Below, piece by piece: positions 9,837 through 17,929 of a stretch of 64,000 nt of DNA; within the stretch, counting starts at the first letter, position 1; each line of letters starts with the position of its first letter. The notes below the pieces were generated by a model. The model was not told where the DNA came from. It saw only the letters and a list, made by a program, of their open reading frames with translations, and made no database searches. Made by a program: the position numbers and the translations under genes. The DNA comes from Coriobacteriales bacterium. Lineage in GTDB: Bacteria > Actinomycetota > Coriobacteriia > Coriobacteriales > UBA8131. The stretch spans positions 525 to 64,524 of the forward strand of contig JAIRQA010000012.1 of assembly GCA_031256715.1 (NCBI GenBank), in the 5' to 3' direction.

Positions 9837-10544
9837 TTGCTAAGCAGCGATAACATTTCGCAAAACATTAAAATTGTTAGGCAAGAGATAGATGCTGCCT
9901 GCAAGCGCTCTGGCCGTACTATTAATGAAGTTAGACTTGTGGCAGTGAGCAAAACGGTTGGGCTTAGCGAAGTAGAAGCTGCTGTGCGGGCTTCTCAAAA
10001 AGATTTTGGAGAAAATCGCACAACAGAGTTACAAGCAAAGGCAAGTGCATTTCCCTTACAAAGCTGGCACTTCATTGGCCGCTTGCAGTCTAACAAGCTT
10101 AAAGATATTGTTGGTGTCGCTTCCCTAATACATTCGGTTGCCAAGGAGCGCACTTTAAAAGTGCTCGCAGATTTGGCAGGCAAGCGCGGCGTTTGTCAAG
10201 ACATTCTTATAGAGGTTAATGTTTCTGGCGAACAGAGCAAAGATGGAGTTTCTGCAAAAGAGCTGCTGGACATCCTTATGCTAGCAAGCGAGCTTGATAA
10301 CATAATAGTACGTGGCTTAATGACTATGGCTCCGCTAGAGCTTGGTGCCTACAAAAACTATGACGATAGCGCGCGCGCAACATTTTCTGCACTGCGCGAG
10401 TTGCGTGACAGCATGCTGCCTGAATTTGCCGGAAGCTCGAGTGTTTGCTTGCACGAATTGTCTATGGGCATGAGTGACGATTACGCTATTGCAGTTGAGG
10501 AAGGTGCAACTATCGTTCGCGTTGGCAGGGCAATTTGGAGGTAG
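9837..10544 (+). CDS. yggS: YggS-family pyridoxal-phosphate-binding protein
   Basis: VAVSKT (PLP lysine context), HFIGRLQSNK and MGMSDDY motifs. TTG start with SD AAGGAAG at 9821-9827. Conserved position after ftsZ. Confidence 0.9.
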   Translation: MLSSDNISQNIKIVRQEIDAACKRSGRTINEVRLVAVSKTVGLSEVEAAVRASQKDFGENRTTELQAKASAFPLQSWHFIGRLQSNKLKDIVGVASLIHSVAKERTLKVLADLAGKRGVCQDILIEVNVSGEQSKDGVSAKELLDILMLASELDNIIVRGLMTMAPLELGAYKNYDDSARATFSALRELRDSMLPEFAGSSSVCLHELSMGMSDDYAIAVEEGATIVRVGRAIWR

Positions 10545-10565
10545 CAGCTAAAGAAAAATATCAAC

Positions 10566-10745
10566 TAATGCAACAAATCAATGCAACTAGATAATGCAAC
10601 TAGATAATGCAGCTAGATAATGCGGTAAAATAAAGAGCAAAGTATAGCAGCAAAATAAAGTAGCAAAATAAGGCACCAAGCAAAATAGGGCAGCCAAACA
10701 AGGCACCAAGCAAAATAGGGCAGCTAAACAAGGCGCCTAGCAAAC
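10566..10745. repeat. two adjacent tandem arrays: 13-bp 'aatgcaactagat' x3.5 (10580-10625) and 30-bp 'aaggcaccaagcaaaatagggcagccaaac' x2.5 (10670-10745)
   Basis: Direct reading of the yggS-sepF intergenic region. The 13-bp unit contains TAG and TAA. Confidence 0.85.
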
Positions 10746-10789
10746 AACAAACGCAAAACAAACGCAGCAAAGGAATTGGGAGAAGAATC

Positions 10790-11596
10790 ATGGGCTTCTT
10801 AGATGACATGAAAAATCGCATCAGCGGACTTGGTAAAGGCGCCAAAGACGAGTATGACAATGCCGAATATAATGGTTATGAAGAGTATGACGAGGACGAA
10901 TTAAACGGGCGCCAGTCTTTAGATGGGCGATACGATTCTAGTAGTGACTATAATGACGATTACGATTTGGGCTACGAGGACGATTTTGAAGACAGTCGTG
11001 CGCCATTACCAAGCAATGCAAGCCTTGGCGCAGCGCGGCAAAGTTACCAGATAGACGACCATGTTCCACTGGTTACACTTAGTGATGTGCGTTCTGCAGG
11101 TGTCGCCGAGTTGCAAAGTGCTGCTAGGGCAATGCAGCGCAATGGCACCGGAAGCATACGTACAGTACGCGAACCCTATGCGACAAGTGAGACCGGCAGT
11201 ATGCGCACTGTGCGCGAACCCTATGCGACAAGCGAAACTCAACTTCGCGGCGATACGCCAGAGTATTATGCGAGTCGCTCTGGGCAAGTTAAGGCAAGAT
11301 CTACAACAGGAAATCTGGCAAAACATCCATTTAGACAACTTGTGGTAGTACGCCCCAATTCTTATGGCGAGGCAGAAAAAATTAGCTTGGCACTTAAAGA
11401 AAATCATGCTGTTGCCGTAGACTTGCGTAGTACCAGACCAGAGTTGGGCAAGCGTATTCTAGACTTTACTTTTGGCGCAGCCAGTGCTTTGGGTGCTCAA
11501 GTAGATACCCCCGCAAATCGTGTTTATGCCATAACTATAGGACATGCCCTAACCGATGAAGAGCATGAGTTGTTAGTAGCTCGCGGCATAATATAA
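10790..11596 (+). CDS. sepF: cell division protein SepF
   Basis: N-terminal MGFLDDMKNRI membrane-targeting-like helix and a conserved C-terminal SepF domain (VVVRPNSYGEAEKISLALKENHAVAVDL...RILDFTFGAASALGAQV). The middle is a long acidic, low-complexity linker. Confidence 0.85.
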   Translation: MGFLDDMKNRISGLGKGAKDEYDNAEYNGYEEYDEDELNGRQSLDGRYDSSSDYNDDYDLGYEDDFEDSRAPLPSNASLGAARQSYQIDDHVPLVTLSDVRSAGVAELQSAARAMQRNGTGSIRTVREPYATSETGSMRTVREPYATSETQLRGDTPEYYASRSGQVKARSTTGNLAKHPFRQLVVVRPNSYGEAEKISLALKENHAVAVDLRSTRPELGKRILDFTFGAASALGAQVDTPANRVYAITIGHALTDEEHELLVARGII

Positions 11597-11685
11597 GGCG
11601 CCTGCAAAGTTGTTGTTAGTATTTTGCGGCATAATATAAAGCGCTTGCAAGGTGAAAGACAAATGAGGAAATGAGGCAATCTTAA

Positions 11686-12717
11686 ATGGTTGAGAAGGAC
11701 GCGCTTATTGGCAAATTAGGTTTCGTTGTACTTGTTGGTGGTGGCAGGATGGGCGAAGCTTTGCTCGCCGGGATGATTGGTAAACTTGGCATGCCTGCTA
11801 GTATGATAGCAATTGTTGAGCCAAAGCAAGCGCGGCTGCAAGAGTTTCAGAGTAAGTATGGCTGCACAGGCTTTACAAGCATAGACGCACTTGCAGACAG
11901 CTATGTTGCTGAGCCTAAGGGTGCATCTGCCGCCGCTGAGTTAAAGAGTGCACCTGCCGCTGCTGAGTCTAAGAGCGCATCTGCCGCTAATCCCACAACT
12001 GTTATACTTGCGGTTAAGCCACAGGTAATAAAGGATGTTATGCGCAACTTAGCTCAAGTTATTAATAGCACGCAAGAAACCGCAGCGGGTAACGATCAGG
12101 TAGAGCAGCAAAGCCATCACAGTTTATGCGGTGACACTAATAGCAAAGTAGATGGCTTAAGTCTAGCCAATGTTGTACGCCCGCGGCGCGTGATTTCTAT
12201 TGCGGCAGGTGTTACACGTGCGACGCTTAAGGAGTTTTTTCCTAACGATTATGTCATTCGCGTTATGCCTAACGTCGCACTTCTTGCCGGCGAGGGTGCA
12301 AGCGCTATCTGTGGCGGCTTAAGCGAGGCAGAGCGCAGCGAGGTTCATTTAGTTAGGGATTTTTTTGCCTGTATGGGAGAGGCAGTAGTGGTTCCTGAGG
12401 CACTCATTAACGCGGCAACTGCAATCAGCGGTTCCGGTCCGGCATATTTTGCGAGGCTGGCAATGGCGATGGCCGAGGCAGGTGAGGCGCTTGGCTTGCC
12501 GCCCGAAACTGCTGCGACTTTGGCAAGACAGACGCTTGTGGGAACGGCTGCGTATTTGCAGCAAACAGGAGCTAGTCCTAAGGAGCTTGCTATTGCGGTT
12601 GCTAGCCCGGGTGGTACGACTGAGGCAGCCTTAGAGTCTTTTACGGCAGATAATTTTGAGCAGGTGGTTTATAAGGCTGCTGACGCTGCTGTGAGCCGCG
12701 CAGAAAAGTTAGCCTAA
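11686..12717 (+). CDS. proC: pyrroline-5-carboxylate reductase
   Basis: Rossmann motif VGGGRMGEAL, plus PNVALLAGEGASAI and SPGGTTEAAL motifs. Two low-complexity insertions lie at about 11899-11992 and 12064-12184. Confidence 0.85.
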   Translation: MVEKDALIGKLGFVVLVGGGRMGEALLAGMIGKLGMPASMIAIVEPKQARLQEFQSKYGCTGFTSIDALADSYVAEPKGASAAAELKSAPAAAESKSASAANPTTVILAVKPQVIKDVMRNLAQVINSTQETAAGNDQVEQQSHHSLCGDTNSKVDGLSLANVVRPRRVISIAAGVTRATLKEFFPNDYVIRVMPNVALLAGEGASAICGGLSEAERSEVHLVRDFFACMGEAVVVPEALINAATAISGSGPAYFARLAMAMAEAGEALGLPPETAATLARQTLVGTAAYLQQTGASPKELAIAVASPGGTTEAALESFTADNFEQVVYKAADAAVSRAEKLA

Positions 12718-12733
12718 GAGATTAAAAGTGCTT

Positions 12734-12789
12734 AACTAGAAAAGCTTAACTAGAAAAGCTGAACTAGAAAAGCTGAACTAGAAAAAATG
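12734..12789. repeat. 14-bp tandem repeat x4 ('aactagaaaagctt/g')
   Basis: Units at 12734, 12748, 12762 and 12776, each containing TAG. The 3' end of proC (gcagaaaagttagcctaa) resembles the unit. Confidence 0.85.
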
Positions 12790-12898
12790 CAGAGCCATAA
12801 ACAGAATTGAGTCACAGAATAAATGCAGAATTGCAGAAAAAACAGAGCCAAAAGAAAGAACTAAGCCAAAAAGATCTGAATCATAAAAAGGAGCTAGT

Positions 12899-13165
12899 AT
12901 GCTAGTATCATTAATTCAAAGCGTTGTTTATATATATACGATACTTATTATAGTTTGGACACTTTTTTCGTGGATTAACCACTCTACAGGTGTGGCAAAT
13001 GATATCTATCAGGTGTTAGATTTACTTGTTAAGCCATACGTGAGTATTTTTAGGCGCGTTATTCCGCCGATGGGTGGCTTTGACATATCGCCTGTTATTG
13101 CCCTGATTGTCTTGCAGGTTGCCTCAGGTTTCTTGATTCGAATTTTGGCAGGAATTTTAATATGA
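12899..13165 (+). CDS. YggT-family membrane protein
   Basis: 88 aa with two hydrophobic segments and the typical position after sepF/proC. SD AAAGGAG at 12887-12893. Confidence 0.8.
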   Translation: MLVSLIQSVVYIYTILIIVWTLFSWINHSTGVANDIYQVLDLLVKPYVSIFRRVIPPMGGFDISPVIALIVLQVASGFLIRILAGILI

Positions 13166-13383
13166 TAAAGCTGTATATAGCTTGGCGTGGCTAAGTTTGC
13201 TGCGAGTTGTCATAGTGCATGGCAGTATGATATGGTAGCATGGCATAGACCAACTAGTGGTCAACTTGGGAACAACTCGTGAAATAGGCCATTTTAACGC
13301 AGGCTCGCAAGATCTAGACCAGTGATATTGGTCTGTATTTTAGCGTGAATATATCGTAATTTTCTTACAAATTCACGCCAAAC

Positions 13384-13411
13384 TTGACTTTTAACGTGAA
13401 TCATGTACAAT
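13384..13411 (+). promoter_or_regulatory. sigma70-like promoter placed for a leaderless Fic mRNA
   Basis: -35 TTGACT (13384-13389), 16-nt spacer, -10 TACAAT (13406-13411), then 6 nt to ATG 13418 (Met6 of the ORF). The upstream inverted repeat gcgtgaat/attcacgc (13343-13350 / 13371-13378) could be an operator. Confidence 0.4.
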
Positions 13412-14398
13412 AATCGTATGATTGATAATGAGACAAAAGAACAGATAAGCACCTTGCGCAAAGAATACGAAAGGTTGCGTACGCAAAAACAAGCATTGCT
13501 TAGATTGCTAGATGAAACCGAACTGCCCGAGCAGGTGTATAACTCAAATGCAATAGAGAACTCTACACTTAGCCTAAAAGAAACAGAACGTATTTTGCTA
13601 GAGTTAGAAACATCTCGCAATGTGAATGTCAGAGAGCTATTTGAAGCAAAAAATCTGGGAAGAGTAATAGAGTATCTGCGCGACAAACCTAATCTCACTC
13701 TAGATTGCGGCACAATCAAGCTATTGCACAAGATGTTGCTAGCTGGCATTAATGACAATTACGCGGGCAGACTAAGAGCAGAAGGTGAATACGTTAGAGT
13801 TGGCAGGCACATAGCGCCACCACCGCAGTTTGTGCCAGAACTGCTTAACGAAATTATAATTGACTACAATAGCAAATTAGAGATTTATTTTTTGGAGAGA
13901 ATTGCCCGCTTTCACTTGGAATTTGAGAGGATACATCCGTTTTGCGATGGTAATGGACGCATTGGGCGAGTTTTAATAAATCTACAGCTCGCTGCGCTTG
14001 GGTACCCAAGTGTGATTATAAGGTCTAAGGGAAAGCAAAAAGATTACTATCCTTTGTTTCAGGCATACTCTGATAATGGGCATACGGCAGGAATGACCTT
14101 GTTGCTGTCTAGAGCTTTGCGCGAATCGCTGCATAGAAGGCTGGCTTATATGCGCGACCAAAATATAATTAAGCTTACAGACTATGCGCGCTCTAAAGGC
14201 GACTTGAAGAACGATTCTAAAAACAAAGCAATGAAAAACAAAACAAGCAACACATCAAGCAATACAGCAGGCAACACAGCAAGCAGCGCCATAAATAGTT
14301 CTAAGAATAGCAATATTAGCGCGATTTTAAATGCCGCAAAGCGACAAACTATACCAGCGTTTCGCGAGCGCGGGGTGTGGATGATTGGCAGCGAATAA
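13403..14398 (+). CDS. Fic family protein (AMPylase-type active site)
   Basis: Canonical Fic motif HPFCDGNGRIGR (HxFx(D/E)GNGRxxR) and an N-terminal inhibitory-helix motif SNAIEN ((S/T)xxxE(G/N)). The S/N/K-rich C-terminal tail is low complexity. The true start may be ATG 13418. Confidence 0.9.
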   Translation: MYNNRMIDNETKEQISTLRKEYERLRTQKQALLRLLDETELPEQVYNSNAIENSTLSLKETERILLELETSRNVNVRELFEAKNLGRVIEYLRDKPNLTLDCGTIKLLHKMLLAGINDNYAGRLRAEGEYVRVGRHIAPPPQFVPELLNEIIIDYNSKLEIYFLERIARFHLEFERIHPFCDGNGRIGRVLINLQLAALGYPSVIIRSKGKQKDYYPLFQAYSDNGHTAGMTLLLSRALRESLHRRLAYMRDQNIIKLTDYARSKGDLKNDSKNKAMKNKTSNTSSNTAGNTASSAINSSKNSNISAILNAAKRQTIPAFRERGVWMIGSE

Positions 14399-14611
14399 AT
14401 TGTAAGCAGCGAATAAGTAGTAGTGCGCAAACGAGCAGGGGATACGTGCTAAGTGTTTTGCCGACCTGAAATTAACGTGAAATTAATGCGAACTTAATGC
14501 GTGGGCAAAGAGGTTAAATTGCCGCAAGCCCTTATCCACACCCCAGCAGGACAGCAATCGCGGGCTTCCATCAACTTATCCAGGTTAAACAGTGCAGATG
14601 GCATAAAAGCC

Positions 14612-14786
14612 GTCTGGCGGGACGCTGTGGACAGCGTCCCCTACGTCAATTTACATAAGCCCCGAACTATTTTCTGCTTGCATTCTCCTCGTAGGGGACG
14701 CTGTCCACAGCGACCCGTTTACATAAGGCCGAATTCCCCTTGCATCCCTCTCGTAGGGGACGCTGTCCACAGCGTCCCGTTTGCAT
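14612..14786. repeat. REP-like palindromic element array, family B (3 hairpins, GGGGACGCTGT-nn-ACAGCGTCCCC)
   Basis: Hairpins at 14619-14640, 14694-14716 and 14756-14778, flanked by CGTAGGGG / CCCGT and spaced about 65-75 bp apart. The same unit occurs in the opposite orientation at 27462-27563. Confidence 0.9.
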
Positions 14787-14994
14787 CACCAACGAAAAGT
14801 TCGCCCGACATAAGACGAGGTAAAAGCTCATCCATACAAAGCGGCCAGGCATAATCGCGCTCTACATCAGGCCCGTAGGCATTACCGTGGTCAAGCGTCT
14901 CACGAAACACCTCGAAAACTGTGTTCTCGTAGCTTGCCTCCGTGAAGTTCGTATTTGTGAAATGGTATTGGTATGGCATGAGCGTATACCTCAT
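14719..14994 (-). pseudogene. possible truncated gene remnant (N-terminal ~65 codons look protein-like, 3' part is REP-derived)
   Basis: The ORF begins MRYTLMPYQYHFTNTNFTEASYENTVFEVFRETLDHGNAYGPDVERDYAWPL..., then runs into the REP-B array. It has no recognisable family and only a weak SD. Confidence 0.25.
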
Positions 14995-15299
14995 CTTTCA
15001 TGCATTAATTTGCCGTTTTAAATCGTTATAATCTTATTTGCTTTTCAATAGCCCTTTTATTTGCTGGCGATTTCAGTAAGCTATACGTTTTGGTCAGAGC
15101 CCTATGCATACAGTTCTGCCTTAAGGGCTGCCTCTCCGTCGTTCTCTCGGTTTTCTTTTCGTCATAAATTATCATATTGCCGCAAGCCCTTATCCACATA
15201 CTTATAAAGGATGTGATATCATAGTAGGTTGCTGGCAACACCTCTGTATCGCGCCAGTAAACCGACTTGTATAATAAACACATAAAGAAGGAGTTTGTT

Positions 15300-15545
15300 T
15301 TGGCAGTAAAGATTCGTCTGGCGCGTCATGGTGCCACAAAAAGACCATATTATCGCGTAATTGTCGCCGACGCTCGCGCTCGCCGCGACGGGCGCTTTAT
15401 TGAGGAAGTTGGTCGTTACAATCCTTGTGTAGATCCAGCACTTATCAAGCTTGATTTAGACAAGATAGACACTTGGGTATCAAATGGCGCTCAACCCACA
15501 GACACTGTGGCTCGCCTGATAAAGACCGCGAAAGAGCAGGCATAA
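15300..15545 (+). CDS. rpsP: 30S ribosomal protein S16
   Basis: [44 protein letters not shown] start at 15300 preceded by SD GAAGGAG (15287-15293). The upstream part of ORF 15267 is not conserved. TGTATAAT lies at 15268-15275. Confidence 0.95.
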   Translation: MAVKIRLARHGATKRPYYRVIVADARARRDGRFIEEVGRYNPCVDPALIKLDLDKIDTWVSNGAQPTDTVARLIKTAKEQA

Positions 15546-15548
15546 ATT

Positions 15549-15956
15549 ATGGCCGCGCAAGAACATGAAGAGTTTGATGCAGGCTCTGGCGCAGCAGCAA
15601 TCTCTGAAGCGACCGACACAATAAATGTTGCTAGTGCAACAGATTTATCTGGCGCGGCAGACTCAGCTGGCATAGCCGGTGCAATAGATGCACCCGCTGG
15701 TGCTAGCTCAGTAGATGCCAAAATAGATAAAGTGGTGTTGGAAGTGGTCTGTGCCGTGGTGGATACGCCAGAAGCCGTGCAGGTGTCTTCTGTAGAGGAA
15801 GGTCAGTCGCTGGTTGTAGAAATCAGGGTTGCCGAAGGCGAGGCAGGCAAGATTATTGGCCGTCAGGGGCGCATCATTAAATCATTGCGTACGCTGGCTC
15901 GCGCCGCATCGTCTTACATGGACGGCGGGCACGTTGAGGTTGAAATCATCGACTAG
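15549..15956 (+). CDS. KH-domain RNA-binding protein (YlqC/UPF0109-like)
   Basis: Conserved rpsP-KH-rimM-trmD order and a KH GxxG loop (GKIIGRQGRIIKSLRTLA). About 60 aa of Ala-rich N-terminal extension. Confidence 0.8.
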   Translation: MAAQEHEEFDAGSGAAAISEATDTINVASATDLSGAADSAGIAGAIDAPAGASSVDAKIDKVVLEVVCAVVDTPEAVQVSSVEEGQSLVVEIRVAEGEAGKIIGRQGRIIKSLRTLARAASSYMDGGHVEVEIID

Positions 15957-15997
15957 AATGAACTCATCAACTAGAATGAACTCATCAACTAGAAAAG
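15947..15997. repeat. 18-bp tandem repeat x2.8 whose first copy contains the KH-gene stop codon
   Basis: 'catcgactagaatgaact' at 15947-15964 (TAG at 15954-15956), 'catcaactagaatgaact' at 15965-15982, and a partial copy at 15983-15997. Confidence 0.9.
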
Positions 15998-16088
15998 TGC
16001 TCATTAAAGCAAATGTCAAACAGATTTCACTTAAGTAACTTAGGCTAAGCAGGCGCCGTTTATCACACGATTGCATTAAATAGCATAA

Positions 16089-16649
16089 ATGTCTAGTACT
16101 AATACAAAAAGCGCCTACACAAAAGTTGCCTGTTTGGCAAAACCCAAAGGTATCAAGGGGGAGATTGTTGCCATTGCTTCCGGCAACGGTCTCCCTTTGT
16201 GCATTTACGAGGGCATGAAGGTCTGGATTGTGCCACCTGTACTTCGTGGCGTGCGCGAGACGGAAATTACCAGTATAGGCGAAAATTATGTTGAGAAGAC
16301 CGGCGAGCTTCAGAGGGCAGTTATCACCTTGCAAGGCGTAAATGATGTAACTTCTGCCTATGAACTTCAGGGACGCTATTTATTGGCAAGCTGCGATGAT
16401 GTTATTATTAATGTAGAGAAAAACTTGTGCCATTCACGTAGTTCCGTTGGAAAGAGGGTAAGCGATGTGCGCTTTGGCGACGTTGGCGTTATTGTGCAAG
16501 AGCGTGACAATATTGCACAACTCTTGTGGGTTGTAGATGGCGAGTACGGTGAGGTGCTAATTCCTGCTGTAGAGGAACTGATTGTTAGCTCAACTGAAGA
16601 TGAAGTAATAGTGAATTTGCCGGATGGACTTTTGGAGCTTAATCGATGA
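16089..16649 (+). CDS. rimM: 16S rRNA processing protein RimM
   Basis: Position in the rpsP operon, N-terminal RimM-like beta-barrel region (VACLAKPKGIKGEI) and PRC-barrel-like C-terminus (GEVLIPAVEELIV...). Confidence 0.85.
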   Translation: MSSTNTKSAYTKVACLAKPKGIKGEIVAIASGNGLPLCIYEGMKVWIVPPVLRGVRETEITSIGENYVEKTGELQRAVITLQGVNDVTSAYELQGRYLLASCDDVIINVEKNLCHSRSSVGKRVSDVRFGDVGVIVQERDNIAQLLWVVDGEYGEVLIPAVEELIVSSTEDEVIVNLPDGLLELNR

Positions 16650-16670
16650 ACGCTATGTTGATAGTCATGA

Positions 16671-16770
16671 TACCAACTATGATGACAACTATGATGACAA
16701 CTACAGTGACAATTATGATGACAGGCGTTGTGACAACTACGATGAGATCTATGATGACAGCGATGATAGC
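16671..16770. repeat. 12-bp degenerate tandem repeat ('aactatgatgac') in the rimM-trmD spacer
   Basis: About 8 degenerate units. In one frame they read (D/N)(D/N)NYDD, which gives rise to the spurious-looking ORF 16624-16887. Confidence 0.8.
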
Positions 16771-16781
16771 AGCCATGCCTT

Positions 16782-17729
16782 TTGGAGCCAAAGTTGCGTA
16801 TTGATGTCGTCTCAGTCTTTCCGGAGGTTTTTGAACCATATATGGGGGCATCTATACTTGGGCGTGCCCGAACATCTGGACTTTTAGAATTTTATGCATA
16901 TGACTTGCGCGAGTGGACTCATGACAAACATCGTACGACAGATGATGAACCTTACGGTGGCGGTCAAGGGCAGCTAATGAAAGTGGAGCCTGTTTTTGAA
17001 GCCTTGGATTATTTGCTAGCGATTAATCGCGAAGGGTGTAAGTTAGCTAATGCTAACACCTCAGACACCTCAGATACCTCAGACACCGCTAACACCTCAA
17101 ACACATCAGACACCGCTAACACCTCAAGCACATCAGACAGCTCTAGCATCTATAACACCTCAGACATCTCTAGCGCTTTAAGCGAAAAGGAAAGCTCCAA
17201 TAAAAAAGGCACTGAAGTTCTTTTCTTTGCGCCACATGGTAAACCTTTTAACCAACGCATTGCAGAAGAGCTAGCAAGCGAACAAGATATCATAATGGTA
17301 TGCGGGCGCTACGAAGGTATGGATGAACGTGTTTATAGTCGTGCAACTCGTATTATTTCTGTTGGCGATTATGTTTTAACTGGCGGCGAGCTGGCTGCTA
17401 TGGTGGTTGCCGATGCTATTGTGCGCCTTATACCCGGAGTTTTAGGTGACGAGATGTCTAATGTAGATGAGTCCTTCTCTACAGAAGGTTTATTAGAATA
17501 CCCACAATACACTCGACCTGCCAATTACCGCGGCATGAACGTGCCAGAGGTACTACTCAGCGGTAATCATGCGGCCATAGCCAAATGGCGACGCGAAATG
17601 TCTATAATCAGAACTGCACAATTACGACCTGATTTGTTGGACGGCGCCAATTTGACGCAAGCCGAACGCGATTTAGCAAATAGGCAGGGTGCCAAGTTGC
17701 GCGAGAGTTCAATTCAGACGTCATGCTAA
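16782..17729 (+). CDS. trmD: tRNA (guanine37-N1)-methyltransferase TrmD
   Basis: IDVVSVFPEVFEPYM, DDEPYGGGQGQLM, VCGRYEGMDERV and GDYVLTGGELAAMVVADA motifs. TTG start. About 60 aa of S/T/N/D-rich insertion (about 17025-17214). Confidence 0.9.
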   Translation: MEPKLRIDVVSVFPEVFEPYMGASILGRARTSGLLEFYAYDLREWTHDKHRTTDDEPYGGGQGQLMKVEPVFEALDYLLAINREGCKLANANTSDTSDTSDTANTSNTSDTANTSSTSDSSSIYNTSDISSALSEKESSNKKGTEVLFFAPHGKPFNQRIAEELASEQDIIMVCGRYEGMDERVYSRATRIISVGDYVLTGGELAAMVVADAIVRLIPGVLGDEMSNVDESFSTEGLLEYPQYTRPANYRGMNVPEVLLSGNHAAIAKWRREMSIIRTAQLRPDLLDGANLTQAERDLANRQGAKLRESSIQTSC

Positions 17730-17750
17730 CTAAAACCGAGCGCGACTTAG

Positions 17751-17899
17751 CAAGCAAGAAATGAAGACACAAGACACAAGCAACAAGACACAAGCAAGAA
17801 ACGAAGACGCAAGACACAAGACACAAGCAAGAAACGAAGACACAAGACACAAGCAACAAGCTGTAACAAGCAGCAACAAGCTGCAACAAGCAGAAAAAT
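17751..17899. repeat. CA/AAG-rich degenerate tandem repeats ('aagacacaagacacaagcaa...'), strongly T-depleted
   Basis: By direct reading, these fill the trmD-glyQS spacer, with only a handful of T in ~150 nt. Confidence 0.8.
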
Positions 17900-17929
17900 G
17901 AACCAACAAGCACCGAGAGGGAACGACCT

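Noticed and set aside
14501-14854. ORFs 14501-14854(+), 14667-14852(-), 27336-27680(+), 21991-22380(-), 22048-22290(+), 25115-25402(-) and 25131-25424(-).
   Set aside because: They are composed almost entirely of REP hairpin units read in different frames, producing repeated peptide blocks such as RDAVDSVPY and RPQFAPT. Only the shared 18-codon start in the 115-bp tail is noteworthy, and it is discussed in the cassette finding.
14532-15198. Possible replication origin, because of two perfect TTATCCACA DnaA boxes.
   Set aside because: There are only two to three boxes. They lie inside a 23-bp duplicated sequence, no dnaA/dnaN/AT-rich unwinding element is nearby, and the region sits between accessory DNA and the rpsP promoter. 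The boxes are probably incidental to the repeat.
15026-15283. An 85-aa minus-strand ORF upstream of rpsP.
   Set aside because: Its composition is Cys/Trp/Tyr-rich, it overlaps the rpsP promoter/SD region and the 23-bp repeat, and it has no SD or family resemblance. It is probably non-coding.
16624-16887. An 87-aa ORF encoding a (D/N)DNYDD repeat peptide between rimM and trmD.
   Set aside because: It starts inside rimM and ends inside trmD, and its body is a 12-bp DNA tandem repeat. It is more likely a by-product of intergenic repeat DNA than a protein. Only Ribo-seq or proteomics could rescue it.
17730-17929. A glycine T-box or glycine riboswitch upstream of glyQS.
   Set aside because: No T-box consensus or glycine-riboswitch-like conserved cores were recognisable. 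The region is a simple CA-rich repeat with little capacity for G-C/A-U pairing because T (U) is nearly absent.
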